A DNA stretch of 64,000 nucleotides, taken from IMG/VR virus record IMGVR_UViG_3300028394_002011, one strand, 5' to 3'. Both the position numbers and the translations under genes were made by a program. Under the pieces are notes generated by a model that was not told the origin of the DNA, did not search any database, and saw only the letters and a list, made by a program, of their open reading frames with translations. Source of the stretch: a virus. Positions 11,801 to 21,064 of this stretch are shown here, piece after piece. Each line of letters opens with the position of its first letter. Position 1 is the first letter of the stretch.

Positions 11801-13462
11801 TGGGCTGGTGTACGAGCCAGTTATCAGGCACAGGCCGATAATTTGGGTCTCACATCTTCTAATTGGCCATTTATAGCGTGGAACGTAACCGGCCCAACTG
11901 CCACAGATTTTCAACAACAGCTTACAACAGCGTGGTCAAGACAGAATGCCTCGATATCCAGTCCACCACTGCCGCTGATATTTCAGCCTCCTATCACAAC
12001 CTCAGCGTATGCTGAACTTAGATATGCAATTACAGTTGTTGGAACTGCCTGGGATACTTGGCAAGCATTGCTGACCAGTGTGGAGATTACCTCAGGTAGC
12101 GAATCGATTACATTGTTGAGCAATGGCAAAGTGGTTGTTCCCAATATCATCCAAACTGATCCAGAAGAAGATCTTGTTATTAGAACTAGATATGCTAGTG
12201 CGACCAGCCCACCGAGCACAACAAGCTATACCAATCGAGATTTTACATTTAGTACCAATGGAAACTTAACTATTCCAATTGGCATTGCCAGCACCACAGG
12301 TAATTCACGAATTACACCAAATTCAACTGTGTCTAGTAAATTCTTTAACTTTTTTGTAGACGGCTCAAATGGGGCATATACCAGCTCTTTGTTAGACATG
12401 CCTGTGGCGGAAAATAACAAAACAGTTAGTGTTCAATTCTATCACTCTAATAACACTGTTGGCAATCTTTGGAATCAAGGTACAGATACTATTGGTCTAA
12501 CCAATTTCAACAATGCGTTTAATATCTTGGGATTGCGTACTGATATAAAACTTACGGCAGAGGATAGTTCAAGTAACCGATTTACGTGGACGTTTGATAA
12601 GACCGGAATATTAACAGTACCGGGCAGTGTAGTTGGTACAGCCACACAAAACGTATTCAATACCACATCAACCACAGTCAACGCATTTGGTGCGGCCACT
12701 ACGCTGAACATGGGCGCGGCAGGCGGCACTACTACCATTGCTGGCGACTTGGTTGTTAACGGTACCACAACCACTATCAATTCAACAACTGTCACAGTTG
12801 ATGACAAGAACATTGAACTTGGCAGTGTTGCATCACCAACCAACACCACAGCTGATGGCGGCGGTATCACACTGAAAGGTACTACTGATAAAACCATAGT
12901 CTGGGACAATGCCAATACCAACTGGACTGCAAGTGAACATTGGAACATTGCTTCAGGCAAGTCCTACAAGATCAACAATGTTGCTGTACTAACTGCTACA
13001 GCCGTGTTGAATGATGCAAGTCAAACTTCTGTCACCATTGCTGGCAATGCTACTACTGCATTGACTATCGGTGCTAGCGGTGCACCTATTACTGGCTTTG
13101 CGGCAACTGCTACCACATCAAGTACAGCTTCTAGTCTAGGTTATCTTGGCTTGCCACAAAGTGCTACAGCTACCACTGCCACATTGGCCATAGGTGATGC
13201 TGGCAAACACATTTATGTAACTACAGCAAGTCAGACCATAACCATTCCAGCCAATGCATCAGTGGCTTATCCAATAGGAACCACTCTTACATTCATAGCA
13301 GGACCAAGTGCTACCACAGTCAGCATTGCTATCACATCAGACACACTGAGATTAGCAGGTGGCACAAGCACTGGCACAAGAACACTGGCTGCAAATGGTA
13401 TGGCCACAGCAGTCAAAGTGGCAAGTACCACTTGGTACATCAACGGAACAGGACTAACATAA
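8807..13462 (+). CDS. Mosaic tail fibre/adhesin protein (1551 aa)
   Basis: N-terminal NDKTGDTLRSAFDKINQNFTELY (T4 gp9/gp10-like anchor motif); recurring WTFGTDGxLxLP / TFPDxTxQTTAW linkers; YadA-head-like AVAVGxxAG repeats; stop/start overlap with the upstream gene. Confidence 0.8.
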   Translation: MTKLNVNIGQSVNDKTGDTLRSAFDKINQNFTELYTLTGGTSADLRELAQDYAAPMFNHASHTNITVTYDDANNKILLTGAAAQVQSNWTATTGLGVILNKPTIPASFAGYDNEIQVSQVDGDDTTGNGDLLTPVATITKALTLVTGERRTIIIHPGTYTESPTITVQYTVLTTLATVGGSTVISGTVTATTGCTISGLKITNLTSTAASGTGNVNILNCDISGTLTKSGSGLYTLVRFTDFGAATISGSGLVDIYGGTTTFVTVSNAAANVLIKNGTTVAPVVTAGSLSIVQMVVVAAVTNAVTTNAGTVITMANCQIVNSALNNVAPVSLSGFYSIFNCVYDKPSSTLVALSATGGSTNSVDYFQFINADRLILASGGRITFPDSTTQTTAWLGSVSSLVNGTKTVSLGSDGTLTLPAQSATLTNVNQIVSAKIYRAGASTDTATIQTALDNWMEAEQAWIDIRTEDAISNAAVGKPARPWAGMPSYTAYQQIMLYNPTGGQLSVPGNMAPTAKTASDNYLAYKELQRNIDIVAGTNTFSFENTGALRVPGVITKNNNLTLVSVGTTVYQGLSDQGLPVEVRNDLTAAVVADGENGRVFVRTDDGTTLRTWQFDKDGLLTFPNNTVQTTAWLGSVSSLVNGGSTLSLASTGVLTFPSNTIKSAVDTALAVTTQETVVTTSPTYNNATAFSTGITVYGTFIQGWYQRNSQQIEFALFGTPAFVTYVTGLALGTGMGVVYETSGGQPNLFTGTITQAFIALGQYDPAHPTWQRVSGRVDGTLPNNTGIRSVSFSTSSTVPHNFTFGTDGSLRLPNDAVIKDTAGDAVAFGQNAGTNGQGDYAVAVGKDAGINTQGTLAVAVGLSAGETNQGAGAVSVGRLAGNFNQGANAVAVGAYAGNNGQANNSIILNATGSALNQTTANTFTVAPVRNATGTSGILQYNSTTKEVTYSNTITVNSSTWTFGTDGNLSLPNSAVIGQASDVEITAAATAYTDSLTFWAGVRASYQAQADNLGLTSSNWPFIAWNVTGPTATDFQQQLTTAWSRQNASISSPPLPLIFQPPITTSAYAELRYAITVVGTAWDTWQALLTSVEITSGSESITLLSNGKVVVPNIIQTDPEEDLVIRTRYASATSPPSTTSYTNRDFTFSTNGNLTIPIGIASTTGNSRITPNSTVSSKFFNFFVDGSNGAYTSSLLDMPVAENNKTVSVQFYHSNNTVGNLWNQGTDTIGLTNFNNAFNILGLRTDIKLTAEDSSSNRFTWTFDKTGILTVPGSVVGTATQNVFNTTSTTVNAFGAATTLNMGAAGGTTTIAGDLVVNGTTTTINSTTVTVDDKNIELGSVASPTNTTADGGGITLKGTTDKTIVWDNANTNWTASEHWNIASGKSYKINNVAVLTATAVLNDASQTSVTIAGNATTALTIGASGAPITGFAATATTSSTASSLGYLGLPQSATATTATLAIGDAGKHIYVTTASQTITIPANASVAYPIGTTLTFIAGPSATTVSIAITSDTLRLAGGTSTGTRTLAANGMATAVKVASTTWYINGTGLT
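9974..10018 (+). repeat. 45-bp exact direct repeat, copy 1 (tail fibre gene)
   Basis: cagaccacagcctggcttggcagtgtaagcagtttggtcaacggt, identical to 10691-10735; encodes QTTAWLGSVSSLVNG. Confidence 0.95.
10691..10735 (+). repeat. 45-bp exact direct repeat, copy 2 (tail fibre gene)
   Basis: Identical to 9974-10018, in the same reading frame. Confidence 0.95.
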
Positions 13463-13463
13463 T

Positions 13464-14168
13464 ATGACAGGCGTATCAGCATTAATGACCAGCTATGGCG
13501 GAACGAGTGGACCCGCATTGGTATTAGATCTAGATGCGGCCAATTATTCGGCAGTTCCAGTCAATGGCAGTACAATAGCAGGCACTGGGGCTTTTGCTAT
13601 AACCACAAGCAATACCAACAGCAGTATGGCGTGGGCATCAACTGCTGGTGGCATATTCCGCAAGACCACTGCCAACGACACAGATATGTTGAGGTTTGGC
13701 CCAAATTATTCATCCTCTTCACAGGCCTATACAGTGATGATGGTTTACCGATCACAGTCAGGCACAGCAGGTAGATTGTTGAACGCCAATACTGCTAGTC
13801 CGGACTGGTTAATGGGACTATGGGGTAATTCCGGTGGGGTACAAGATATCTTCTTCAACGGGTCATTTTTAGGCAGTAGTAGCACAGCTCAAACAGGTGC
13901 TTGGAGATTTGCTTGGATGACATCTAACGGCACTACTACCACAAATGCCTATGCGGCCGGCAGTACTGCTCCTACCGGCACTCACGGAACTAGAGCTGGT
14001 GTCAGTGGATTTAACGGCCTAAGATTGTTTGGTAGATATGTCAGTTCCGTCCAAAATACAGAAGTTGTAACTGCTGATGTGGGCTTGGTCAAGGTCTGGG
14101 ACGGCGTATTGACCTTGGCACAGATACAGGCACAGCATGAAGCATACAGAACAAGATTTGGATATTAA
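13464..14168 (+). CDS. LamG/concanavalin A-like lectin domain protein (putative fibre-tip adhesin)
   Basis: LVLDLDAAN N-terminus and ADVGLVKVWDGVLTLAQIQAQHEAYRTRFG C-terminus, typical of phage LamG domains; directly follows the fibre gene. Confidence 0.7.
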   Translation: MTGVSALMTSYGGTSGPALVLDLDAANYSAVPVNGSTIAGTGAFAITTSNTNSSMAWASTAGGIFRKTTANDTDMLRFGPNYSSSSQAYTVMMVYRSQSGTAGRLLNANTASPDWLMGLWGNSGGVQDIFFNGSFLGSSSTAQTGAWRFAWMTSNGTTTTNAYAAGSTAPTGTHGTRAGVSGFNGLRLFGRYVSSVQNTEVVTADVGLVKVWDGVLTLAQIQAQHEAYRTRFGY

Positions 14169-14941
14169 TGAAAGCATTTGTTATCATACTACAAGAAAGT
14201 GAACACAGCCGTAAGGTTGGTGCTGAAGCCATTGAGGCTGCTCGCAAGTTTGGCATTGAACCCGAAGTACACAACGCGGTACTGGGATACAATGCTCCAG
14301 AACTATTTGCCAAGTATGGCATTACTAGATTCTTAACTAGGGACTTGATTGACAATCCTGGACATCAAGGTTGCTTTCTCAGCCATTTTGAACTGTGGAT
14401 GAAATGTGTCAAGTTGGACGAACCCATTATTATCTTGGAACACGATGGTGTTTTTATTCGCCCACTACCAGATGACTTGTTGGACAAGTTTAGTGGTGTA
14501 CTGAAACTGGAACCATACGATGTGTTTGTGGACAGTTATGAAGGCAAAGTGGATGCCAGTTTGAATGATCCAGTAGATGTATGGCATCCGCCAGCAAGAA
14601 ACACTTGGCACGGTGTGGGAGAGTTCCTCTGGGGTGCTTACGGATACATTATCAAACCACACGCCGCTATGGAACTAATACAGTTTGCCCGTAGAATAGG
14701 TGCGGCTCCCACTGATGTACACATTGGTCGCAACATTGTGGACATTAAAGCAACTACAGCAACAGTGGTTAGAATGAGCAAGACCTATACTGAAAACGAT
14801 GTAAAAGGCATGAGTAGCACCAGCAACTTGCATCAGTACGTGCCGGGACACAATCGCATGGCGCTAGCACCTTATTTGAGCCCTAAAAAGTATGCTGAAC
14901 TCATCAAGACTTTAGAGTTCCTAGAAACGGTAAATATATAA
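14168..14941 (+). CDS. Glycosyltransferase family 25
   Basis: GCFLSHFELW, IIILEHDG (EDD-like) and GAYGYIIKPHAA motifs of GT25; TAATG overlap with the LamG gene. Confidence 0.8.
   Translation: MKAFVIILQESEHSRKVGAEAIEAARKFGIEPEVHNAVLGYNAPELFAKYGITRFLTRDLIDNPGHQGCFLSHFELWMKCVKLDEPIIILEHDGVFIRPLPDDLLDKFSGVLKLEPYDVFVDSYEGKVDASLNDPVDVWHPPARNTWHGVGEFLWGAYGYIIKPHAAMELIQFARRIGAAPTDVHIGRNIVDIKATTATVVRMSKTYTENDVKGMSSTSNLHQYVPGHNRMALAPYLSPKKYAELIKTLEFLETVNI
14931..14936 (+). promoter_or_regulatory. T4-like late promoter core TAAATA
   Basis: TAAATA 19 nt upstream of the ATG at 14955. The same hexamer precedes other structural genes (19697, 25580, 28192, 33983, 38238). Confidence 0.5.
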
Positions 14942-14954
14942 AACGGAGCAGAAC

Positions 14955-15506
14955 ATGCCAATACAACGAATTGAAATAGGTGGATATGCAAATGACGGTA
15001 CTGGTGACGATTTGCGCACGGCATTTAACAAGGTTAATGCTAACTTTGCGCTGTTGGACAGCGATGCACAGATCAATGACGGTGTTAACCTGGGATCTGG
15101 CACTGCTGTACTAAAGGGTAAAACCAGCACTATATTACAGTTTAAAAGTATTACCAGTACAGATAACTCAGTTACACTGACCGCAACTGATAACACAGTA
15201 AATTTAAAAGCCAACACACGATTAGTAGAAGATATTACGCCCGCACTGGGCGGCAATTTAAATTTAAATAACAGAGATATTGTCGGAGCAGGCGATGTAA
15301 AAGCCAGTGTTTATGGAATTGATATTGTAGCTCTTAACTCTATGATAGCCTTGCTGATCGAATCCAACAACAACATTGCTATTGACTTTGGATCATTTAA
15401 CAATCCTACAGGTTACGAAACTAACGCTCGTGGTTATACATTTGACATGGGCACCTTTATTGGTCCGCAATCCGCTAACAGATTTAGTTTTGGCACATTT
15501 GTTTAA
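14955..15506 (+). CDS. Baseplate/tail-fibre connector-like protein
   Basis: N-terminal ANDGTGDDLRTAFNKVNANF, a T4 gp9/gp10-like motif shared with ORF 8807. Confidence 0.6.
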   Translation: MPIQRIEIGGYANDGTGDDLRTAFNKVNANFALLDSDAQINDGVNLGSGTAVLKGKTSTILQFKSITSTDNSVTLTATDNTVNLKANTRLVEDITPALGGNLNLNNRDIVGAGDVKASVYGIDIVALNSMIALLIESNNNIAIDFGSFNNPTGYETNARGYTFDMGTFIGPQSANRFSFGTFV

Positions 15507-15518
15507 CAGAGAAAATGC

Positions 15519-18500
15519 ATGGCATTGAATATTTGGTCACAACCGTCAGGCTACTCATTTGGAACATTCCAAGAACAAGCTATTTTTAATAGGCCATTGC
15601 CATTAGTCCCGGCTGCCGGTTATGGCGGTGTTCCTCCGCCTAGTTATGACGGTACTGGGCATCATCCAAATTTTCCATTACGTAACTCAGCAGGCAGTTC
15701 TTTTAGTCGTTATCCGGTAAACAGCTATACAGACGGTATGCATGCCATGCGTACTGATTTACCAAATGCACGTACTGTTAGTAATCAAGTTGTATGGGAT
15801 CAAGTAAATGAAGGTGAAACTACTGATCCAACTGGCTATAGTGGATTTATGTACGCATGGGGTCAATTCATAACTCATGAGCTAGCATTCGAAAGAACTG
15901 GTGGTGCTAATATAGATGTTATAGTACCTGCTGGAGATACTAACCTAACACCAGGAAGTCATATTCCTGTATCTCGTGCGCAAGTTGCCGCAGGCACTGG
16001 GATCAATGGCGTTGTTGCACTACCAATCAACGATGTAACCGGATGGATCGATGGTAGTGTAGTTTACGGTATCGCTTATCCTCCAGATGTTACGCCAGTG
16101 AGTGGATTTACAAATCCACTGCTAATTCGAGAAGGCGGCCAAAATGCAACGACCGGAAAGTTATCAACTTCGGCAGGTGGACAATACGGACCTATTGATC
16201 CTACTACAGGACAATTTATATTCGGTGATCCTCGCGGCGCTGAAAATCCAGATTTAACGTCAATACAAACTTTGTTTATACGTGAACACAATTGGCATGC
16301 TACTAGATTAGCACAACTGCATCCCACTTGGAGTGGGGAACAGATTTATCAACGTGCTCGTAGTATCGTAATCGCCGAAGAACAAGTTATCACATATAAA
16401 GAATGGTTGCCAAAAGTTTTAGGAGCAACGGCTATACCTGCTTACACAGGATTTAAACCCGATGTTGATGCTAGTATTAAAGTTGAATTTGCCGCTGCCG
16501 CGTTAAGATTTGGTCATAGTATTGTTTCGGGCGCACAGGATCGTATAGATGAACAAGGTAATGATACAGAAGCATTAGCGTTAGCCGATGCATTTTTCCT
16601 AACTCCTGCGCAATTTGAACGTAATGGTGGTGCAGACGGATTCTTGCGTAAACTGGCGGCAGACATTTCAAACAAGTTAGACGTACATATTATTGAAGAT
16701 TTGCGTAATTTATTAGATGATCCTCCTGCCGCACTAGATTTAGCCGCAACAAATATTCAACGTGGGAGAGATTTAGGTCTTCCAAGTTTAAATCAAATGC
16801 GTACTGCATTAGGCCTTACCCCTTATACAGCTTTTAATCAGATTACATCTGATATTACTGTATCAACGGCATTACAAACAGCGTATGTCAATATTGATAA
16901 TATAGATTTATGGGTAGGTGGTCTAGCTGAAAATCGTGTAGTCGGATCAATGGTCGGAGAAACTTTCCGTACTATAATGATTGATCAATTTATCCGTCTC
17001 CGCGATGGTGATAATCAATGGTACGAAAATCAACCCTGGGCACCAGGAGACCTTACATGGTTAAGAAATTCTACCCTAGCAGATATTATATTACGAAATA
17101 CAGATACTGTTAAAATACAACCAGATGTATTTGTTGCTGTTGAACGTGCAGATTTATATTCAGGAGTAGTAACTAGCGCCGTTGCAAGAACTGGCGGTGG
17201 TGATATTCCAGGATCAAATACTATCCCGTTTAATCTAAATGTTATATCAGGATCATTACCTCCAGGATTAAACATTGTTGGTAATACAATTACAGGTACT
17301 CCATATTCAGTAGCTGACATCACTGTGTTTACATTTTGTGTGAGAGCAACATCTACCTCAGGCGAAATAGCTGACCGAACATATTCTATAACCATAGACG
17401 GAGCAGATGCTCCAGAATTTATAACTACAACTGGAAGATTGGCAGTTGGCACACATAAGCAAATGTATGTGTTGGACCAGACTTATATCAATTATCAAAT
17501 TGAAGCATTCGACTTAGATACAAGTGCTGGTCAAAAATTAACATATTTTATATCCTCAGGCGATGGAAATCTGCCGCCAGGATTGACCATGTCGTCAGAT
17601 GGAAAAATTAGCGGATTTATTTTACCTGCTATAAAGATTAAACCAGCAGATAATAACGGCACTTACGACGAAACATACTACGATGCGGCAGCTTTTGACT
17701 TTGGTCTACGAGCAACCAACGGATTTGATAGTTACATTTACGATAGAGTTTTTTATGATTATAATTTACCCAATCTTCGACCATCAACACTAAATGTTAA
17801 TTATCAATTTAAAGTAACTGTGTCCGATGGTACCAGTATTGCTCAGAGAATTTTTAAAATATTTGTTGTGGGCGATGGCCAATTTAGAGCAGACACCACT
17901 ACCACAGATGGATTTGCCGATGAGCTATTCACCGCTGACGTTACTTATCTTAGACAGCCAGCATGGCTTACCAACCCCAACATAGGATTATTTAGAGCCA
18001 ATAACTATCTAACTGTACCAGTTGCACTGTATGATGACTCCAATGTGTTTTATAATTTAGAATTGATCAATCAGGAAGTAAAAGCTCAAGCAGTCAATAT
18101 TTTACCTTCAGACAATTTTAAAAACGGAAATAAAATAACTGTAACTAACGTTACTGGAACCATACAGCCTGGATATTATTGCCACTTTGAAGGCATAATC
18201 CCAGGTGCAACTGATCAACTTTATAAAATCAGTGTGGTGGAGAATTTAGGCAATGGGCGTTATCGTCTCACTATCCTAACACCGCTACAAGTAAGCATAC
18301 CAACAGGAACCAGTTTTTATATTGGAACATTGAGTGTGTTACCCAAAGGTACCAATTTTGATATACAGACTGCTACAGTATACGGACTGGTTCCATATCA
18401 GCCAGCTATCACAAAAACTTATAACTTTACTATCACTGCCACCAGATTTGGAGACAAACAAGACAGTGCAACTGCATCCAGAACATTTACTATTGGTATT

Positions 18501-19736
18501 ATTGGCGAGATTGACAGTGTAATAACATGGCTAACTGATGCCGACTTGGGCAACATCAATGCAAACTTTATTTCTAATTTACATGTGGCCGCTTCAAGTA
18601 CCATCCCTGATGCAATTATTTCCTATACGTTAACAAGTGGATCACTGCCTCCAGGGTTATCGCTAAATTATGACGGAGAAATTATAGGCAAGGTCAATCA
18701 ATTTTATGATGCTGTTTCTGGATCAAAAGGCCTTACGAGATTTTACGACACAGTTGGCTCAAGTAGAAAATTTATAACTTTTGATTTTGATACTACCAGT
18801 ATAGACAAGCAATATACGTTTACCGTGCAAGCTAGAGATCAATATGACTATAGTGCAACTACTCGCACATTTACCTTGTACATTGATACCCCAAACGATA
18901 TAAGTTTCAGTAATATCAGAACCAAGCCGTTCTTAAAACAATCACAACGAGCTCTTTGGAAATCATTCATTACTGATACTTCTATTTTTACACCTAGTAG
19001 CATTTATAGAACCAATGATGCTAATTTTGGAGTTCAGACTGATTTAAACATGATGGTATATGCTGGTATAGAAACCAAAGATGCCGCTAGGTTTGTTGGT
19101 GCAATTGGTTTGAATCACAAAAGAAAACGATTTGCTTTTGGCCCAGTTAAATCCGCAGTTGCTATTCAGCCCGGTACTACCGATACAGTATATGAAGTGA
19201 TATATGTCAGTGTTGTGGACCCGCAAGAGCCAAACGGCAACTATTTGCCAAGAAATATTCAATTACCAGGGCTGTCTAGCGATACTATAACTATCGATAG
19301 CAGTACCAATATTTGGAGTAGAACTTTGGATTCATTAGGTGCCGACAGTCCGGAAAACATTAGGCCGGAGCCAATAATCACAGCCGACAGCACAGGTTAC
19401 GAAGTTTCAAATCCCAATGTCAATACCTATTTTCCAAACAGTATTACCAATTGGCGTAGCAGGATTAAAGATACGGGTGCAACAGAGAGGAACTACATGC
19501 CTTTATGGATGCGTAGTATACAACCTGGGAATAGTCAAGAATTAGGATTTGTGTTGGCTATTCCAATTTGTTACTGCGAAGCGGGCAAAAGTGCTGATAT
19601 TTTATTAAATATCCAACACAGCGAATTTGATTTTAAATCTTTAGATTACACAGTGGACAGATACATAATAGATTCTGTCACCGGTTCGATTAACGATAAA
19701 TATCTTGTATTTAGAAACGATAGGATAACAGTATGA
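15519..19736 (+). CDS. Baseplate-wedge-like Ig-repeat structural protein with inserted animal-type heme peroxidase domain (1405 aa)
   Basis: About 15642-17155 encodes WGQFITHEL (distal Gln/His), GDPRGAEN (catalytic Arg, Glu), LRFGHS (proximal His), NIQRGRDLGLP, IDLWVGGLAE and QFIRLRDGD. The remainder has three SGxLPPGL putative-Ig repeats. Structural gene context. Confidence 0.85.
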   Translation: MALNIWSQPSGYSFGTFQEQAIFNRPLPLVPAAGYGGVPPPSYDGTGHHPNFPLRNSAGSSFSRYPVNSYTDGMHAMRTDLPNARTVSNQVVWDQVNEGETTDPTGYSGFMYAWGQFITHELAFERTGGANIDVIVPAGDTNLTPGSHIPVSRAQVAAGTGINGVVALPINDVTGWIDGSVVYGIAYPPDVTPVSGFTNPLLIREGGQNATTGKLSTSAGGQYGPIDPTTGQFIFGDPRGAENPDLTSIQTLFIREHNWHATRLAQLHPTWSGEQIYQRARSIVIAEEQVITYKEWLPKVLGATAIPAYTGFKPDVDASIKVEFAAAALRFGHSIVSGAQDRIDEQGNDTEALALADAFFLTPAQFERNGGADGFLRKLAADISNKLDVHIIEDLRNLLDDPPAALDLAATNIQRGRDLGLPSLNQMRTALGLTPYTAFNQITSDITVSTALQTAYVNIDNIDLWVGGLAENRVVGSMVGETFRTIMIDQFIRLRDGDNQWYENQPWAPGDLTWLRNSTLADIILRNTDTVKIQPDVFVAVERADLYSGVVTSAVARTGGGDIPGSNTIPFNLNVISGSLPPGLNIVGNTITGTPYSVADITVFTFCVRATSTSGEIADRTYSITIDGADAPEFITTTGRLAVGTHKQMYVLDQTYINYQIEAFDLDTSAGQKLTYFISSGDGNLPPGLTMSSDGKISGFILPAIKIKPADNNGTYDETYYDAAAFDFGLRATNGFDSYIYDRVFYDYNLPNLRPSTLNVNYQFKVTVSDGTSIAQRIFKIFVVGDGQFRADTTTTDGFADELFTADVTYLRQPAWLTNPNIGLFRANNYLTVPVALYDDSNVFYNLELINQEVKAQAVNILPSDNFKNGNKITVTNVTGTIQPGYYCHFEGIIPGATDQLYKISVVENLGNGRYRLTILTPLQVSIPTGTSFYIGTLSVLPKGTNFDIQTATVYGLVPYQPAITKTYNFTITATRFGDKQDSATASRTFTIGIIGEIDSVITWLTDADLGNINANFISNLHVAASSTIPDAIISYTLTSGSLPPGLSLNYDGEIIGKVNQFYDAVSGSKGLTRFYDTVGSSRKFITFDFDTTSIDKQYTFTVQARDQYDYSATTRTFTLYIDTPNDISFSNIRTKPFLKQSQRALWKSFITDTSIFTPSSIYRTNDANFGVQTDLNMMVYAGIETKDAARFVGAIGLNHKRKRFAFGPVKSAVAIQPGTTDTVYEVIYVSVVDPQEPNGNYLPRNIQLPGLSSDTITIDSSTNIWSRTLDSLGADSPENIRPEPIITADSTGYEVSNPNVNTYFPNSITNWRSRIKDTGATERNYMPLWMRSIQPGNSQELGFVLAIPICYCEAGKSADILLNIQHSEFDFKSLDYTVDRYIIDSVTGSINDKYLVFRNDRITV
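19697..19702 (+). promoter_or_regulatory. T4-like late promoter core TAAATA
   Basis: gaTAAATAt about 30 nt upstream of ORF 19733. Confidence 0.4.
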
Positions 19737-20824
19737 CCAGTCAAATAAATGTCGGAACAATTAACACATCTTACCCAGTTGCAGGTGTTGACAATAACAG
19801 CCAAGGGTTTCGTGATAATTTTACAGCTATTTCAGCAGGATTAGCCATTGCCAAAACAGAACTTACCGCATTGCAAACCAATGCAGTGTTAAAAGCCAAC
19901 CTCACAACCAACGCAGTTGTTAACAACGACCTAAATGGTAGCACTATAAGCAATGGCTTGTACAATAGATTTTACGGCGTGTATTTTAGCGGAGGCACTG
20001 TTTCAACAGCTTCTAATGTAGATTTAATTAACGGTCCTGTGCAGAGATTCATTCTAGCAGGAGATGCAACTTTAACATTTACAGGATGGCCAACTGCGGG
20101 CAAAATGGGATTAATTCGTGTATTGATTGCCAGCGATCAAAACGGAGTGCGAACACCAGGATTTGCAACTAGTGGTGGCGGATCTATTAGATATGATGTG
20201 GCATATCCCACATTGCCAAACAGCACAACTTATGGATTTAAAGTTGGTGGGGAAAGTGTTAAAAGCGTCACCGTTACTGAACCAGGAAGTAAATATATTA
20301 CTCCCACTACTATTTCTTTTACTAGTCCAACATTAGCTGGTGGTACAGTTGCAACCGCAACTGCCAAGTACAAAGTTCTGTCAGCAACTGCTAGTTCAGG
20401 TTCGCTAGGTTCTAATTATGCCAACGGTGATTTGCTAGTTGTAAATCAAGACACAAGTATTGTGTTATCAGTCACTGGAGTTAACGGTTCAGGTGGTATT
20501 ACCAACGTCAGCGTCAGTACTAACGGCCCGTTGGCAATACCACTGGCTGGTTCAAAAACTGTTACAGCATTAACTGGCATAGGTTCAGGAGCAAGAGTAG
20601 ATTTAGTATGTGCTATTGACAGTATAATTGTTACAGATGGCGGAGACGGCTGGACTACTGTGCCACCGCAAGTTACTATAGGAGCTCCTGCGGTTACTGG
20701 AGTACAAGCAACTGCAACTGCTGTATTAACAACCATAACTAATGATAACGTTAAAGTTATAGAAGCATGGAGTATCGACGGCGGTCTCAATGTATATCTT
20801 CGATATTTAGGCGAATACAATTAA
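19733..20824 (+). CDS. Putative virion structural (tail/baseplate) protein
   Basis: T/G/V-rich beta-type sequence with SVTVTEPGSKY / SIIVTDGGDGW repeats; translationally coupled to the structural operon. Confidence 0.55.
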   Translation: MTSQINVGTINTSYPVAGVDNNSQGFRDNFTAISAGLAIAKTELTALQTNAVLKANLTTNAVVNNDLNGSTISNGLYNRFYGVYFSGGTVSTASNVDLINGPVQRFILAGDATLTFTGWPTAGKMGLIRVLIASDQNGVRTPGFATSGGGSIRYDVAYPTLPNSTTYGFKVGGESVKSVTVTEPGSKYITPTTISFTSPTLAGGTVATATAKYKVLSATASSGSLGSNYANGDLLVVNQDTSIVLSVTGVNGSGGITNVSVSTNGPLAIPLAGSKTVTALTGIGSGARVDLVCAIDSIIVTDGGDGWTTVPPQVTIGAPAVTGVQATATAVLTTITNDNVKVIEAWSIDGGLNVYLRYLGEYN

Positions 20825-21054
20825 TGCATCCATTAATATCAAATTTAGAAAATTTGAAAGACAGTGAGATTGATTTTAAAATCAACGATCTTACTAAAAA
20901 ATATTTTCAATCCGCAAATCCAGATTTGCGACAACAAGTGTCATTGGCTTTGGATACATATAAAACTGAGCAAGCTAGAAGGCAACGTGCTGAATGGCAA
21001 AAAATGATTGATAATCGCGATAAAAATCTTGACAAGCTAATCAACATACAGTAA
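20824..21054 (+). CDS. Hypothetical helical protein (76 aa)
   Basis: True start is probably the ATG at 20824 (TAATG overlap with the upstream stop), not 20767. Confidence 0.6.
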   Translation: MHPLISNLENLKDSEIDFKINDLTKKYFQSANPDLRQQVSLALDTYKTEQARRQRAEWQKMIDNRDKNLDKLINIQ

Positions 21055-21057
21055 AAT
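21029..21057 (+). promoter_or_regulatory. Sigma70-type promoter
   Basis: TTGACA (21029-34), 17-nt spacer, TAAAAT (21052-57), just upstream of ORF 21065. Confidence 0.7.
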
Positions 21058-21064
21058 ATAGGCT

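Noticed and set aside
12403-12414. Third partial copy (tgtggcggaaaa) of the GVAE element, in the tail fibre gene
   Set aside because: Only 12 nt, outside the head cluster and not at an evident module boundary; compatible with chance.
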